Below are positions 30,474-40,032 of a stretch of 64,000 nt of DNA, in pieces. The first letter of the stretch is position 1. Each line of letters opens with the position of its first letter. The position numbers and the translations under genes are program-made. Source of the stretch: an uncultured Gammaproteobacteria bacterium (GTDB lineage: Bacteria > Pseudomonadota > Gammaproteobacteria > CAWCPV01); NCBI GenBank assembly GCA_963797555.1, contig CAWCPV010000007.1, positions 448,001 to 512,000 of the forward strand. Direction: 5' to 3'. The notes beneath the pieces were generated by a model. It was not told the DNA's origin. It did not search any database and saw nothing but the letters and a program-made list of their open reading frames with translations.

Positions 30474-30812
30474 ATGCACGACCAGCCTGCCGCTGAGAAT
30501 CTCGACCGCGTGGATTTCGACGAGGACGGACTGATGAAAGATCCCCGACAGTGGACCGAGGCGGTTGCTCGGGCCATCGCCGAGCAGGACGAACTCGGCG
30601 ATTTGACCGAGGCGCACTGGCACGTCATCCGGTCGCTGCGAGATCACTACGCCAAGTTCGGAGTGGCGCCGGCCATGAGTCACGTCTGCTGGACTCTGAG
30701 GATGGGCAAGTCCTGCGTCCACGACTTGTTCGGCACCTGCATGGAGGCGTGGCGCGTCGCCGGGCTTCCCGATCCCGGCGAAGAGGCCAAGACTTACATG
30801 AGGGACATGTGA
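30474..30812 (+). CDS. DsrC/TusE-family protein lacking the C-terminal cysteines (RspA-like)
   Basis: DEDGLM.DP..WTEAVA..IA, LTEAHW.VI..LRDHY and AGLPDP, ending GEEAKTYMRDM. Confidence 0.85.
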   Translation: MHDQPAAENLDRVDFDEDGLMKDPRQWTEAVARAIAEQDELGDLTEAHWHVIRSLRDHYAKFGVAPAMSHVCWTLRMGKSCVHDLFGTCMEAWRVAGLPDPGEEAKTYMRDM

Positions 30813-30927
30813 GCCGCCGATTTGGGTGGCCGCCGGAGGAGCACCCCGGGGAATGGCCGGCGTGTCGATGCGCGCGCGCCGGTGCGGCCGAGGTCCGGCA
30901 AGAAATGTCACGAGGCATCGACGGCCC

Positions 30928-31137
30928 ATGAACTCCGGAAAACTCGGTACGCTTGCCATTCTACTTGCCTTGATCCTGCCCGGGTGCACGTCCGATGCAG
31001 CGAAAAGAAGTGCCTACGAGGCACTGCATCAGAAGTGGTGCATGGATCGTACTGGAGTGCCGAACTGCGATCCGGACCACAAGAGCTACGACGCCTATGA
31101 GAAGGAGAGGGAGGAGGTTCTCAAGGGGCAACAGTAG
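30928..31137 (+). CDS. Small lipoprotein
   Basis: Lipobox LPGC followed by a C-x8-C...SYDAY pattern. Confidence 0.7.
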   Translation: MNSGKLGTLAILLALILPGCTSDAAKRSAYEALHQKWCMDRTGVPNCDPDHKSYDAYEKEREEVLKGQQ

Positions 31138-31332
31138 ACGCCCGTCATCTGCGTTATGACGCGAACTCGCGACCCGGCTTGCCGGCGAGGCCGCACGCTC
31201 CACCCCCTCCAGAGCGCCTGGAACAGACCTGCCGAAGCCGCGAGCTGGTCCAACCGGCCTGGGCGAGTTTGTCTTCGCTCTGCGGCTGCACGGGGAGCAC
31301 GTCGAGTTTGCGCCGGCGCGCCGGGCTGCGCC

Positions 31333-31827
31333 TCAGAGCTCGTAGAGGGCTTCGTCCACCCTCGGTGGAAGGAAGCGCTGACGGAGCAGCTTCAAGTTGG
31401 GCTTGCCCTTGCTGATCAAGGGCTCTTCCCCCTCCAACACGTCTCCCATCTCGGCCTCTATCTGCTCGGGGTCATCGCCTGCCTCCATCCGCCGGATGGC
31501 CTCTTCCATGCCGTGGCCCATTTGCATGCCGCTTGCGTCGAAAAGCCTACGCATCAGGCGTCCCGCGGCCCGTGGGTCGTCCTCATCCAGGCTGTCGAGT
31601 TCCCCGGCCATTGACTCGAAGGCCCGCTCCATCTGTGCGTCGTCCATATCCGGCGCTTCTTCCGACTCTTCCTTGCGCCCTTTCGAGATGGCAAAGACGG
31701 ACATCCTGCGCTCCAGCTCTGGACGGCTGCACTTGGGGCAAGCGGGGCGCTTCTCCGTGTTCACGACTCGGGACAGGAAGTTGAAGATCGTGTGGCAGTC
31801 CGCACAGTAAAACTCGTAGATGGGCAT
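31333..31827 (-). CDS. FmdB-family zinc-ribbon protein
   Basis: MPIYEFYCADC...CPKC N-terminus. Confidence 0.88.
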   Translation of the reverse strand: MPIYEFYCADCHTIFNFLSRVVNTEKRPACPKCSRPELERRMSVFAISKGRKEESEEAPDMDDAQMERAFESMAGELDSLDEDDPRAAGRLMRRLFDASGMQMGHGMEEAIRRMEAGDDPEQIEAEMGDVLEGEEPLISKGKPNLKLLRQRFLPPRVDEALYEL

Positions 31828-32017
31828 ATGCGTGCTGTTCCTTTAACTCTGTGAAAAAACGGCGATCTAAGCTTATGGGCTTCCCCGAGAATGGGCAACC
31901 CTCAGACGTGGAACCGGCCGGTTGGATGGGGGCTCGCCGCACTGGCCCGTGGCCATCGCCGCAGCATGGCGTCCCAGAGCTTCGTTTCCGGCCGTTTGGG
32001 CACGGCCTCTCGCTATA

Positions 32018-33260
32018 GGGCACCTCGAATAATTGGTTTTGGCGCCGGTCGGTCCCTCTGATCGAGTCACGGATGAGGGAATTGGGGCGAAACGAGTGGT
32101 TTTTGAGGGGTTTTGGGAGGGCTCCCGTCGCCTTGCGGGCGCCGGGCGGAGGCTCCGGCGGCGATCAGGCCGGTGCCGGCATCGGACCTTTACCGCCTGA
32201 GCTGACCAGGTAGCTCAGCCGGGGCATGTTGTAGACGAGATTCATGAGCCCTATCTTGGCCCTCGCACGCACCCCTCCGATGGTTCGTACGAGCTTGCCG
32301 CCTTGCTCGTTGTGCTGGGAGCCGAAGACATGCTCGACGCGCACCCGGATGCTTGAGCGGCGCCGGTTGAGCGCTTGCTGGTACACGCTGAGCGCCTTGT
32401 GACGGTGACCGCGACGGTGAATCCGGCTCCTGAGCCCCTTCTTACGCAGCAGCCGCTCGGTCTCCTCGGAGCGGTAGGCGCTGTCGGCCCAGACCTCGGT
32501 GCTGGTGTTGGCGCGGTCGAGCAGCGGCTCGAAGACCTACCTGCGCACCCGCTTGTGGGCAGCGTCCACGCTCAGGTGGTTCTTGTACCCGTAATAGCTC
32601 TTGCCATGTTTCTTGGTCCAGCGCGCCTCGGTGTCCTTTTGACGAAGCTTGGCGGGCTTGTCCTTCCAGGACTCGGGCGTCTCGCCCCGCTTGAGGGCAT
32701 CGTTCTCTTCCCGGCTGTTGCGCTGCTTGGGGGCCGAGACGATGCTGGCATCGATGATCTGCCCCTTGCGGGCAATGAACCCCCGCCGCTCGAGCTGCTG
32801 GTTGAAGGCCCGAAACAGCTCTTGCACGGCGTTCTCCTTCGCCAGCGCCTCGCGAAACAGCCATACGGTGGTGGCATCGGGCACCCGGTCCTCGGGCAAC
32901 AGCCCCAGGAATCGGCTGAAGGAGTAACGGTCCCGAATCGGGTACTCGACGCTCTCGTCGCTCACGTTGTACAGGTGCTGCAGAACGAGCACCTTGAACA
33001 TGAGCACGGCATCGTAGGGCTTGCGCCCCGCGTTGCTCTTGCGCGGCCTGTCCCGCAAGCACTCAAGCCGGGGGCGAAAACCCTCCCAGTCGACCACCTG
33101 CCGGATGTGCACCAGGGGGGTCACCGAGCCGGCTCAGACGCTCATAGCGCTCATCGAGGTCGAAGAATCCGGGCTGGGGCATCGCTCTGTTCCTCATCGG
33201 CCACGAACTGGCGCCAGTCTACCGGGCAGCCGCCCGCCGCGCCAATTTTTCGAGGTGCCC
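32018..33260 (-). mobile_element. IS5-family element with internally deleted and frameshifted transposase (32165-33182)
   Basis: 19-bp IRs GGGCACCTCGAA(T/A)AATTGG and TATA target duplication. Motifs GRKPYD, IIDASIV, YYGYKNH, RVRVEHVFG. Confidence 0.9.
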
Positions 33261-33908
33261 TATAGTGGAGACGGGGCAGACGCTTACGTACTCGGACAGG
33301 CCCGAGTGCTGCAGGCCGTGCGGTCGGCCTTCATGCTTCGCTGTCGTGCTGTTCCTTCCGTTGTACGAAGCGGTAACATGGCGAGGCTGGGTCTTGGCGG
33401 CTCACGAGGCGGAGTCAGGAACATGCAAGCGGTTTGCAAAATCGCCCATCAGGAGCAATGGATTTGGGCGGAGGCACAATTTCGGGCGACACGAACGGCG
33501 GCCGCGCTCGCAGAGCTCCGACTGGAGCGACTGGTGCAGCGACGGCAGCGAGCCAGGGCTGTGCGGGACTGGCGAGCCAACTGCGCATATCGGCGAGTGA
33601 GGCCAGGAGCGCCGCCTTTCTGACCGGAGACATGGCGCGGTTCAGCAGAGCCGACGCAAGGCGATCGGCAGGCAGAGGCGCGCCGAAGGGCTGCTGAGCG
33701 CCCTCTGGCCAGAAATCGATGCCGCCCGCCGAGAAAGACATCAGCTCGAGGCCGAGGCCGCGCAGTGGGAAGAGGCTTTTTGGCACCATACCATACAGTG
33801 GTTCATGAGCGTGTGGACCATGGAGACCCGGACTGCGTTCGGGCCGGGAACCGCCGCCGGCGTGGGATGAACGCCCTTTCGCGGCTGGGAAGGCAAGGAT
33901 CACTCCGG

Positions 33909-34283
33909 ATGCCATTATCGCTGCTTATCGTCGATGACTCGCCGGTGGCACGCGCCCTTCTCAAGGGCCGGCTAAAGGCCAAGTTCGGCGCGGAGTTCTT
34001 CCAGATCTCCGAGGCTGCTGATGGCGTCGCCGCTCTCCAAGCCCTCCGCTCGCAATGGTTTGACCTCGTGCTTCTGGATCTCACGATGGGTGGCATGGAT
34101 GGTTATCAGGTCCTGGAACAGATGCGAGAGGAGCAGATGGAGGTGCTGGTTTACGTCGTCACCGCAGATGTCCAGCCTCAGGCCGAGGAGCGCGCCCGCG
34201 CTTTGGGTGCAGCGGGCCTCTTCCACAAGCCCTTTGATGTCAAGCACCTGGAAGCAGCACTGTCGCAAAGGGGGTGGGTATGA
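33909..34283 (+). CDS. Single-domain response regulator (CheY-like)
   Basis: IVDDS, LLDLTM..MDG, VTAD and KP receiver motifs. Confidence 0.9.
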   Translation: MPLSLLIVDDSPVARALLKGRLKAKFGAEFFQISEAADGVAALQALRSQWFDLVLLDLTMGGMDGYQVLEQMREEQMEVLVYVVTADVQPQAEERARALGAAGLFHKPFDVKHLEAALSQRGWV

Positions 34284-34921
34284 GCCTCGACGTGAGCGGT
34301 GGGAGCCTTCTGACAGGGGAGCAGGTCGAAATCCTGACCGAAGCCGCGAACATCGCCATGGGCCAGGCGGGGGAGCGTCTGGCGCTGCTGCTAGGGGAGT
34401 TCGTCGAGCTGCACGTCCCGCGCGTGGAGGCCGTTACGCGGCAGCAGATCACGGATCACGTCAGCACCCTGACTGCCGACTTCAGCGAAGTAGCCGCGGT
34501 ACGTCAGGGGTTTAGCGGATCGCTGGAAGGAGAGGCCATCGCGCTGTTCAACAGCGACGCTCCGGTCACCGTGGCCGACCTGCTCGGCTACGACACCCCC
34601 CCAGACCCCGCCAAGGCGCGTGAGGCGCTGCTGGACCTCAGCAATATCATTATCGGGGCCTGCGTGAACCGCATCGTCTCGCTGATGCAGGGCCAACTGG
34701 ATTTCTCCAGACCTTCGGTGCTTGCCGAGCGGGTGCCGGTGCAGCAGCTCATCGCCTCTCTCTTCGCACCCCAGAAGCTCGCCTGGGAGGCCGTCCTGCT
34801 ATTCAAGATCCAGTTCAGGATTACATCCCGCGGCTTCAACAGCGACCTGCTGCTGCTGTTCACGGAGGCGTCCATGAATATGCTCAAGGGCCGTATGGAC
34901 GTCCTGCTTCGGAACCTTTGA
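34280..34921 (+). CDS. CheC-like aspartyl phosphatase
   Basis: EAANIAMG and DLSNIIIG ((E/D)xxN motifs). Overlaps the receiver stop codon. Confidence 0.82.
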   Translation: MSLDVSGGSLLTGEQVEILTEAANIAMGQAGERLALLLGEFVELHVPRVEAVTRQQITDHVSTLTADFSEVAAVRQGFSGSLEGEAIALFNSDAPVTVADLLGYDTPPDPAKAREALLDLSNIIIGACVNRIVSLMQGQLDFSRPSVLAERVPVQQLIASLFAPQKLAWEAVLLFKIQFRITSRGFNSDLLLLFTEASMNMLKGRMDVLLRNL

Positions 34922-34924
34922 CGG

Positions 34925-35893
34925 TTGGAACCGGACGCGGACCAGCGCCCACTCCTGGCACCCGAACTGCTGAACAGGGTGCTCGACCACGTCAGCATCG
35001 GAACGGTCTTGGTGGACCGGTTCTGGACTATCTGCCACTGGAATGACTTCATGGCCAGGCACAGCGGTCGCGGCGCGGCGGAGGTGCTGGGCAAGAACCT
35101 GTTCGCGGCCTTTCCCGAGCTGCCGAAATCGTGGCTTGAGCGTAAGCTGCGTAGCGTACTGGTGATTCGGAACTACGCGTTCACGTCCTGGCAGGAGCGG
35201 CCCTATCTGTTCCGCCTCAAGAACCTGCGGGCCATTACCGGAAACGTGGACTACATGTACCAAGACTGTAGCTTTATTCCCATCGTCGACGAGCGGGATG
35301 AGGCCGAGTACGTGCTCATCAACGTGCTTGACATGACGGACGTTTACGCCTACGAGAACAGGCTGGACGCCGTAGCGGAAACGATGACCGAACTGGAGCG
35401 GCTGAGCCACCGCGATGGCCTGACCGCCCTATACAACCGCCGCCATCTGGAGCAGAGCTTGGCGACAGAGTTCCACAGAGCAGTCGCCCAAGGCCATCCT
35501 CTTTCGTTCATCCTGGCCGACATCGACCACTTCAAGCTGTTGAACGACACCTACGGTCACATCGCAGGCGACGAGGTCTTGCGGTCAGTGGGAGCGTGCA
35601 TCGCGGGAAACGTCCGCGGCAGCGATATCGCCGCGCGTTACGGGGGGGAGGAGTTTGCCGTCGTGCTGCCCGAAACTGGACCCGATGTCGCGGGCAGAGT
35701 CGCTGAGCGGCTGCGCGGCGCGATCGCCGCTCTTTCCGTGATGTTCGAGGACCAACCCATCGCCGTCACCGCCAGCTTTGGCTTCAGTACCCAGGGCCCC
35801 GGCATGCACGGCTATACGGAGTTGGTCCAGGCTGCCGATCGCGCGCTCTATCAGTCCAAGCAAGGAGGCCGCAATCGGGCAACCTCCGCATGA
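34925..35893 (+). CDS. PAS-GGDEF diguanylate cyclase
   Basis: PAS (WNDFM..HSG....VLGKNL), DGLTALYNRR, RGSD I-site and GGEEF. Confidence 0.92.
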   Translation: MEPDADQRPLLAPELLNRVLDHVSIGTVLVDRFWTICHWNDFMARHSGRGAAEVLGKNLFAAFPELPKSWLERKLRSVLVIRNYAFTSWQERPYLFRLKNLRAITGNVDYMYQDCSFIPIVDERDEAEYVLINVLDMTDVYAYENRLDAVAETMTELERLSHRDGLTALYNRRHLEQSLATEFHRAVAQGHPLSFILADIDHFKLLNDTYGHIAGDEVLRSVGACIAGNVRGSDIAARYGGEEFAVVLPETGPDVAGRVAERLRGAIAALSVMFEDQPIAVTASFGFSTQGPGMHGYTELVQAADRALYQSKQGGRNRATSA

Positions 35894-35943
35894 CGGCGGC
35901 GGGTCAAGGGGGACGGAATTCCACCACCGGCGGTGCGGATGGC

Positions 35944-37434
35944 TCAGAGAGCCTGCTCCAAGTGGAGCTGCCCGGGCGGCATCCCGTGGCGGGCGAGCAG
36001 AGCTTGCAGCGTGTCGAGGAAAGGCGGCGGGCCTGCAGCATACACCTCGTACTGCGCGATTTCTTCCAGCTCTGAGATGCCGGCCGCCAACGCCCCAGTC
36101 GGCTCCTGCGGCCCTTCGTCCAGGCCGAGCACACGCGGCGTGTAGTCGAAGTTGTCCAGGGCGTCGGTCCAGGCCCGGCAGCGGTTGTCCATGTAGTGGC
36201 CGCCCGGCGCGGATACCAGCCAGTACAGGTGGTAGCTCTCCGCGTTCTCGATGGAGATCGCGTTCTCGATCAGGCTCTTGATCGGCCCGAATCCCTCGTC
36301 GTAAGCAAAGAACAGGATGGGATGGGTGGTCTCTTCGTCGAGCACGAAGTTGCCATGCGGCCCGTGGGCGGTGACGGGGTGGCCTGGCTGAATGCGGCCC
36401 CCAAGAACGGCGTCGGTGAAGGGGGAGGGGGAGGAAGCGTGTCGGCGGATATGGATCTCCAGATTCCCACCATCGCAGGGGCAGCTCGCGAGCGGCAGGT
36501 CGGCGGCAGCGCCATCTTCCAGGGTGAGGGTGACGCGCTGTCCGGCCAGGAATCGCAAGCGCTGGGTCGGCGGGGTCTGTAGGCTCAGGATTGCCAGTTC
36601 GTCGCTGGGGCGCACGATTTGCCTGACCCGCGCGTAGATCGTCTGGAGCGGGATGTCCTCGCTCCGGTGTGCCTCCGCTGCCTCGATGGTGAGGTCCGTG
36701 ACTGCCGTATAGGAACACATCAGGATGTAGCCGAGGCTGTGCTCGGTCGGGCTGATCTCGTAGTCGTGATCGCGAACCTTGAGTACTTCGCCCGCGACCA
36801 CCCTCGCTTTGCACGACCCGCAACTGCCGTCCTCGCAGCCGTAGCACAGGGCCAGCCCGGCGCGCACGGCTGCATCCAGGATCGAGTCCGTCCCTTCCAC
36901 GAAGAATTCGCGGCCGCCGGGAATTACCTTCACCTGGGCGGCGAGCAGACGCAGGAAGGTGTCCCTCGCCAGGATCTGGGCTTGGCGCTTGGGAACCTTC
37001 GGGCGACGTTCCACCTCCCGTCCGAGCCATTGCGCGAGTGCCTGCACCTCGGGGCGCAGCGCGGCGTCGTCGAAGCTCTCCAGGGCGGCAAGCCGATCGC
37101 CGAGCGTCGTCACCAGGGACGAGTATGTGCCGATCTCGGACTTGGCCTCGGTAAGCTCCCGCGACAGGCGGGCCAAGCGCGTCGCGAGCACCTCCGGGGA
37201 AGGCAGCTCGGCTATCTCCTCCCTGCGTGGCATCGCGGCCGCCTTGATGCGGTTGACGCGCTCCAGCGCCGAGTCGTCCTCCAAGTGAGCCTCGGGAAAG
37301 GCGCGCAGCAGGTCGGAAACACCGACCTGGCCCTCGAAAGTCTCCAACTCGTTGTCTCGGATGCGTTTCTGTAGCTCGCCGCGGGTCACTCCCACGAGGC
37401 GCGCGGCGCGCGACAGAGTCAAGAACTCAGTCAT
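35944..37434 (-). CDS. HTH + coiled coil + 2Fe-2S ferredoxin + FAD/NAD-binding reductase (AscD/RfbI-like)
   Basis: LTLSRAARLVGV HTH; YGCEDGSCGSCK...LMC; FLAGQ, GPHGNF. Confidence 0.85.
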   Translation of the reverse strand: MTEFLTLSRAARLVGVTRGELQKRIRDNELETFEGQVGVSDLLRAFPEAHLEDDSALERVNRIKAAAMPRREEIAELPSPEVLATRLARLSRELTEAKSEIGTYSSLVTTLGDRLAALESFDDAALRPEVQALAQWLGREVERRPKVPKRQAQILARDTFLRLLAAQVKVIPGGREFFVEGTDSILDAAVRAGLALCYGCEDGSCGSCKARVVAGEVLKVRDHDYEISPTEHSLGYILMCSYTAVTDLTIEAAEAHRSEDIPLQTIYARVRQIVRPSDELAILSLQTPPTQRLRFLAGQRVTLTLEDGAAADLPLASCPCDGGNLEIHIRRHASSPSPFTDAVLGGRIQPGHPVTAHGPHGNFVLDEETTHPILFFAYDEGFGPIKSLIENAISIENAESYHLYWLVSAPGGHYMDNRCRAWTDALDNFDYTPRVLGLDEGPQEPTGALAAGISELEEIAQYEVYAAGPPPFLDTLQALLARHGMPPGQLHLEQAL

Positions 37435-37784
37435 GAGTCGTCCACCCGCGGGCGAATCTCCCGCCTCTCTCTTCCGACCCCAGATCGTCGTCCGAGCGGG
37501 CGAGGGGGTCAAGGGCCTGGGAGCGGCGATCGCGGCCGCGGGTCGGTCCGCCGCCGCCCGGTCCGGCACACTGCCGCGCCGATCGGGCAGTCATGGCCTG
37601 CCACCGACCTGAGGGTAGAGATCTTACAGAGAGTGGGTGCTGGGCTGCCGTGAGCTTTACGCACCTGGAGTGGCTTTGGGGTGGCGTCCCCCAGGCTTCG
37701 TCAACACGCGCGGTGGCGCCGGCGTCCCGGGTGAGCGGCGAACGCACTTTCGGGGTGGACCGTGCTCGGACCGCGGGCGGTAGA

Positions 37785-39866
37785 TTATCCCCGGAAGATG
37801 TCTACTTTTGTCTCCAGGCACTTCCGCAGACTCAAATCCTGGGCGCCGATCTCGAAACGGCTGCCGGGCTTCTGATAGAAATCCAGGCCGCGCCCGATCT
37901 TGATGCTCCAACCGTTGTCGAGGCGAATCTCGCGATCGTGCAGGTTTGGATTGAGCTGTACGTCCAACACGACGTCCAGCTCCAGCAGGCTTTGCTTGAC
38001 CTCTTCCAGCTTCTCCTGGGCATCGGCCCGTTGCTTCTTGTCGTCGTAACCGGTGACCAACTTGATGTGTTTCACGGTTCCGGCCTTGACCACGGTCTCG
38101 CAGAGACGGAGGAAGTTCTGGATCTGGTGTTGCGCCCTGATGTAGGGGTCTTCGATGGTGACCTCCGTTGCGCCTCGCAGATACGGACCGATGATCGAGT
38201 CGTAGGTGTGGCCAGTGTCCCCATATAGGATGCTGAAGTGCTGCTCCTTCAGCTCCGGCGCCATGGGTTCGGTGCCCGGAAGAGCCACGTCTACCGCCGA
38301 GAGGACTGCCGGTGTGGCAGCGCGGTCATCGAGGTTTGCGGGAACGCCGACTGGGAGCTTGCGAGGTCGCAATTCCTCTCCGATCCGTCTTCGCGTGGGA
38401 TGCAGTGTCGCTGGCGCGTGCTCGGACTCCGGACAATAGACGACGACCTCCTCGCCGCTCGCCCCGAAGTAGGATAGGCCGATCTTCGCGAACTCGTCGT
38501 CCGGCTTGCGTTTGTTCATCTGCTCCTTGACCCGCCGACGGCACTCGACCGCGTACGCCACGTACTCCTCGAATTCTTGGTCCGATGGGGCGGCAGACGG
38601 ATGCAGGATCTTCAGGAAGGCGCACACCGTCTTCTTGATGGCCTTCTCATCACGCCCCTCCACCGCCTGCCCGAGCGCGATGCGCTTGTTCACCTCCTCG
38701 TAGCGGTTGGTGTGCATGAACAGGTAGTGGAACGCCTCGGCCAGGTAGTCCGTGATGAACCCGTAGTTCCTTGTCAGAAACTCGCTGCTGTTCTTCGGCA
38801 TCTCCCACCCGGGGAGATAGCAGGCGAAGCGGTCCATGACCGCGAGATCGAACTGCGGCGGCAGCGGCTGGAACAGGTCGTATTCGGTGGAGTTGACGAC
38901 CTGCTCCACCGACAGGTCGATGTTGCCGACGAAGGCCAGGCTCGCATCGGCGATGACCTCCACTCCGCGCGAGAAGCGCCCGTTGGCCATGAAGTCCTTC
39001 ATGATCTGGACGGTGTCCGGGTCCTTCACCTTGATGCCCGCGACTTCGTCGAAGGCCACCGTGTCCCAGAACCCGACCAGCCCCACCTTGCCGCGCGCGT
39101 TGTTGTAGAACAGGGTGGCCTTGGTCGCCTGGCCGCCGCTCACCAGCGTCGAATAGGGCGAGAACTCGCTGAAGAAGTACGACTTGCCGGTGCCGCGCGG
39201 CCCCAGCTCGATGAAATTGAAGTTGGCTTCGACCAGTGGGGCGAGCCGGGCAACGAAGTGCAGCTTGACGCGGTGCGACAGCTTGCCCGGCTCGAGGCCC
39301 ACCGAGCGCAGGACGGCGTCCAGCCACTCTTCGCGCGTGAAGGCGACGCGGCCTTCGGCGTAGCGGTCGAAATCGAAGCGGGTGAGCTGAATGGGGCGCA
39401 TGTCCTCGACGTAGAAGGCGTAGTCGTCCTCCTCGATGTCGTTGTGGGCGATGGTCACCTCCGCCCAGATGCCGCCTTCCAGCAGGCGGTCGTTGTCCTG
39501 ATAGAACTTCTGCCCGACGGCGATGCGTTGGGAATTGAAATTCTCCAGCGCCGCCCAGTGCCGCTTCTCCTTCTCGACGTAGCGCACATGCACCTTGTCG
39601 ATGAAGCGGTGACGCCCCTTGGTGGCCACCCTCGACTGCGCTGCGTTCGATTCGTCCGGGCGGACGTAGTTGTCCTGCAGGGTGGCGAGGACCGCCTCCA
39701 TGCCGGCGTCGATCTCGGCCGGGTCGTTGCTGGCGCAGAACTTGGCGAGCAGGAACTCGAGCACGAAGGTGGGGACATTGGTGCCCTTCTTGATACGGTG
39801 CAGCAGGTCCTTGCGGACCACCCTCCCGTCGAACACCTCGTTCAGTTTCCTGTCCAGCGCGTCCAT
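37785..39866 (-). CDS. brxL: BrxL-family AAA+ ATPase with C-terminal MIT_C/PLD-like domain and no Lon protease domain
   Basis: NVPTFVLEFLL, ELGPRGTGKS, VAFDEVA, GFITDYLAE, ECRRRVKEQ. C-terminus IEDPYIR..HQ and LHDREIRLDNGWSIKIGRGLD. Confidence 0.88.
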   Translation of the reverse strand: MDALDRKLNEVFDGRVVRKDLLHRIKKGTNVPTFVLEFLLAKFCASNDPAEIDAGMEAVLATLQDNYVRPDESNAAQSRVATKGRHRFIDKVHVRYVEKEKRHWAALENFNSQRIAVGQKFYQDNDRLLEGGIWAEVTIAHNDIEEDDYAFYVEDMRPIQLTRFDFDRYAEGRVAFTREEWLDAVLRSVGLEPGKLSHRVKLHFVARLAPLVEANFNFIELGPRGTGKSYFFSEFSPYSTLVSGGQATKATLFYNNARGKVGLVGFWDTVAFDEVAGIKVKDPDTVQIMKDFMANGRFSRGVEVIADASLAFVGNIDLSVEQVVNSTEYDLFQPLPPQFDLAVMDRFACYLPGWEMPKNSSEFLTRNYGFITDYLAEAFHYLFMHTNRYEEVNKRIALGQAVEGRDEKAIKKTVCAFLKILHPSAAPSDQEFEEYVAYAVECRRRVKEQMNKRKPDDEFAKIGLSYFGASGEEVVVYCPESEHAPATLHPTRRRIGEELRPRKLPVGVPANLDDRAATPAVLSAVDVALPGTEPMAPELKEQHFSILYGDTGHTYDSIIGPYLRGATEVTIEDPYIRAQHQIQNFLRLCETVVKAGTVKHIKLVTGYDDKKQRADAQEKLEEVKQSLLELDVVLDVQLNPNLHDREIRLDNGWSIKIGRGLDFYQKPGSRFEIGAQDLSLRKCLETKVDIFRG

Positions 39867-39912
39867 AGTCTCCCTATACCTACATGTCATTACACACAAA
39901 TCGACACCTCGC

Positions 39913-40011
39913 CGTCATTCCGGCATGGATTGCCGGAATCCAGCGACCAGGGACGGTCACCCCAATCACATCCCTGTGTTCTAGATTCCGCCATTCCCTG
40001 GCGGAATGACG
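39913..40011. repeat. CGTC-type REP/palindromic element between pglZ and brxL
   Basis: CGTCATTCCGGCATGGATTGCCGGAATCCAG ... CTAGATTCCGCCATTCCCTGGCGGAATGACG. Confidence 0.8.
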
Positions 40012-40032
40012 AGATGTGTGTAAGGAGATGCC

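Noticed and set aside
33265-33900. Coding gene between IS5 and the response regulator
   Set aside because: Only overlapping short ORFs without motifs or a clear RBS.
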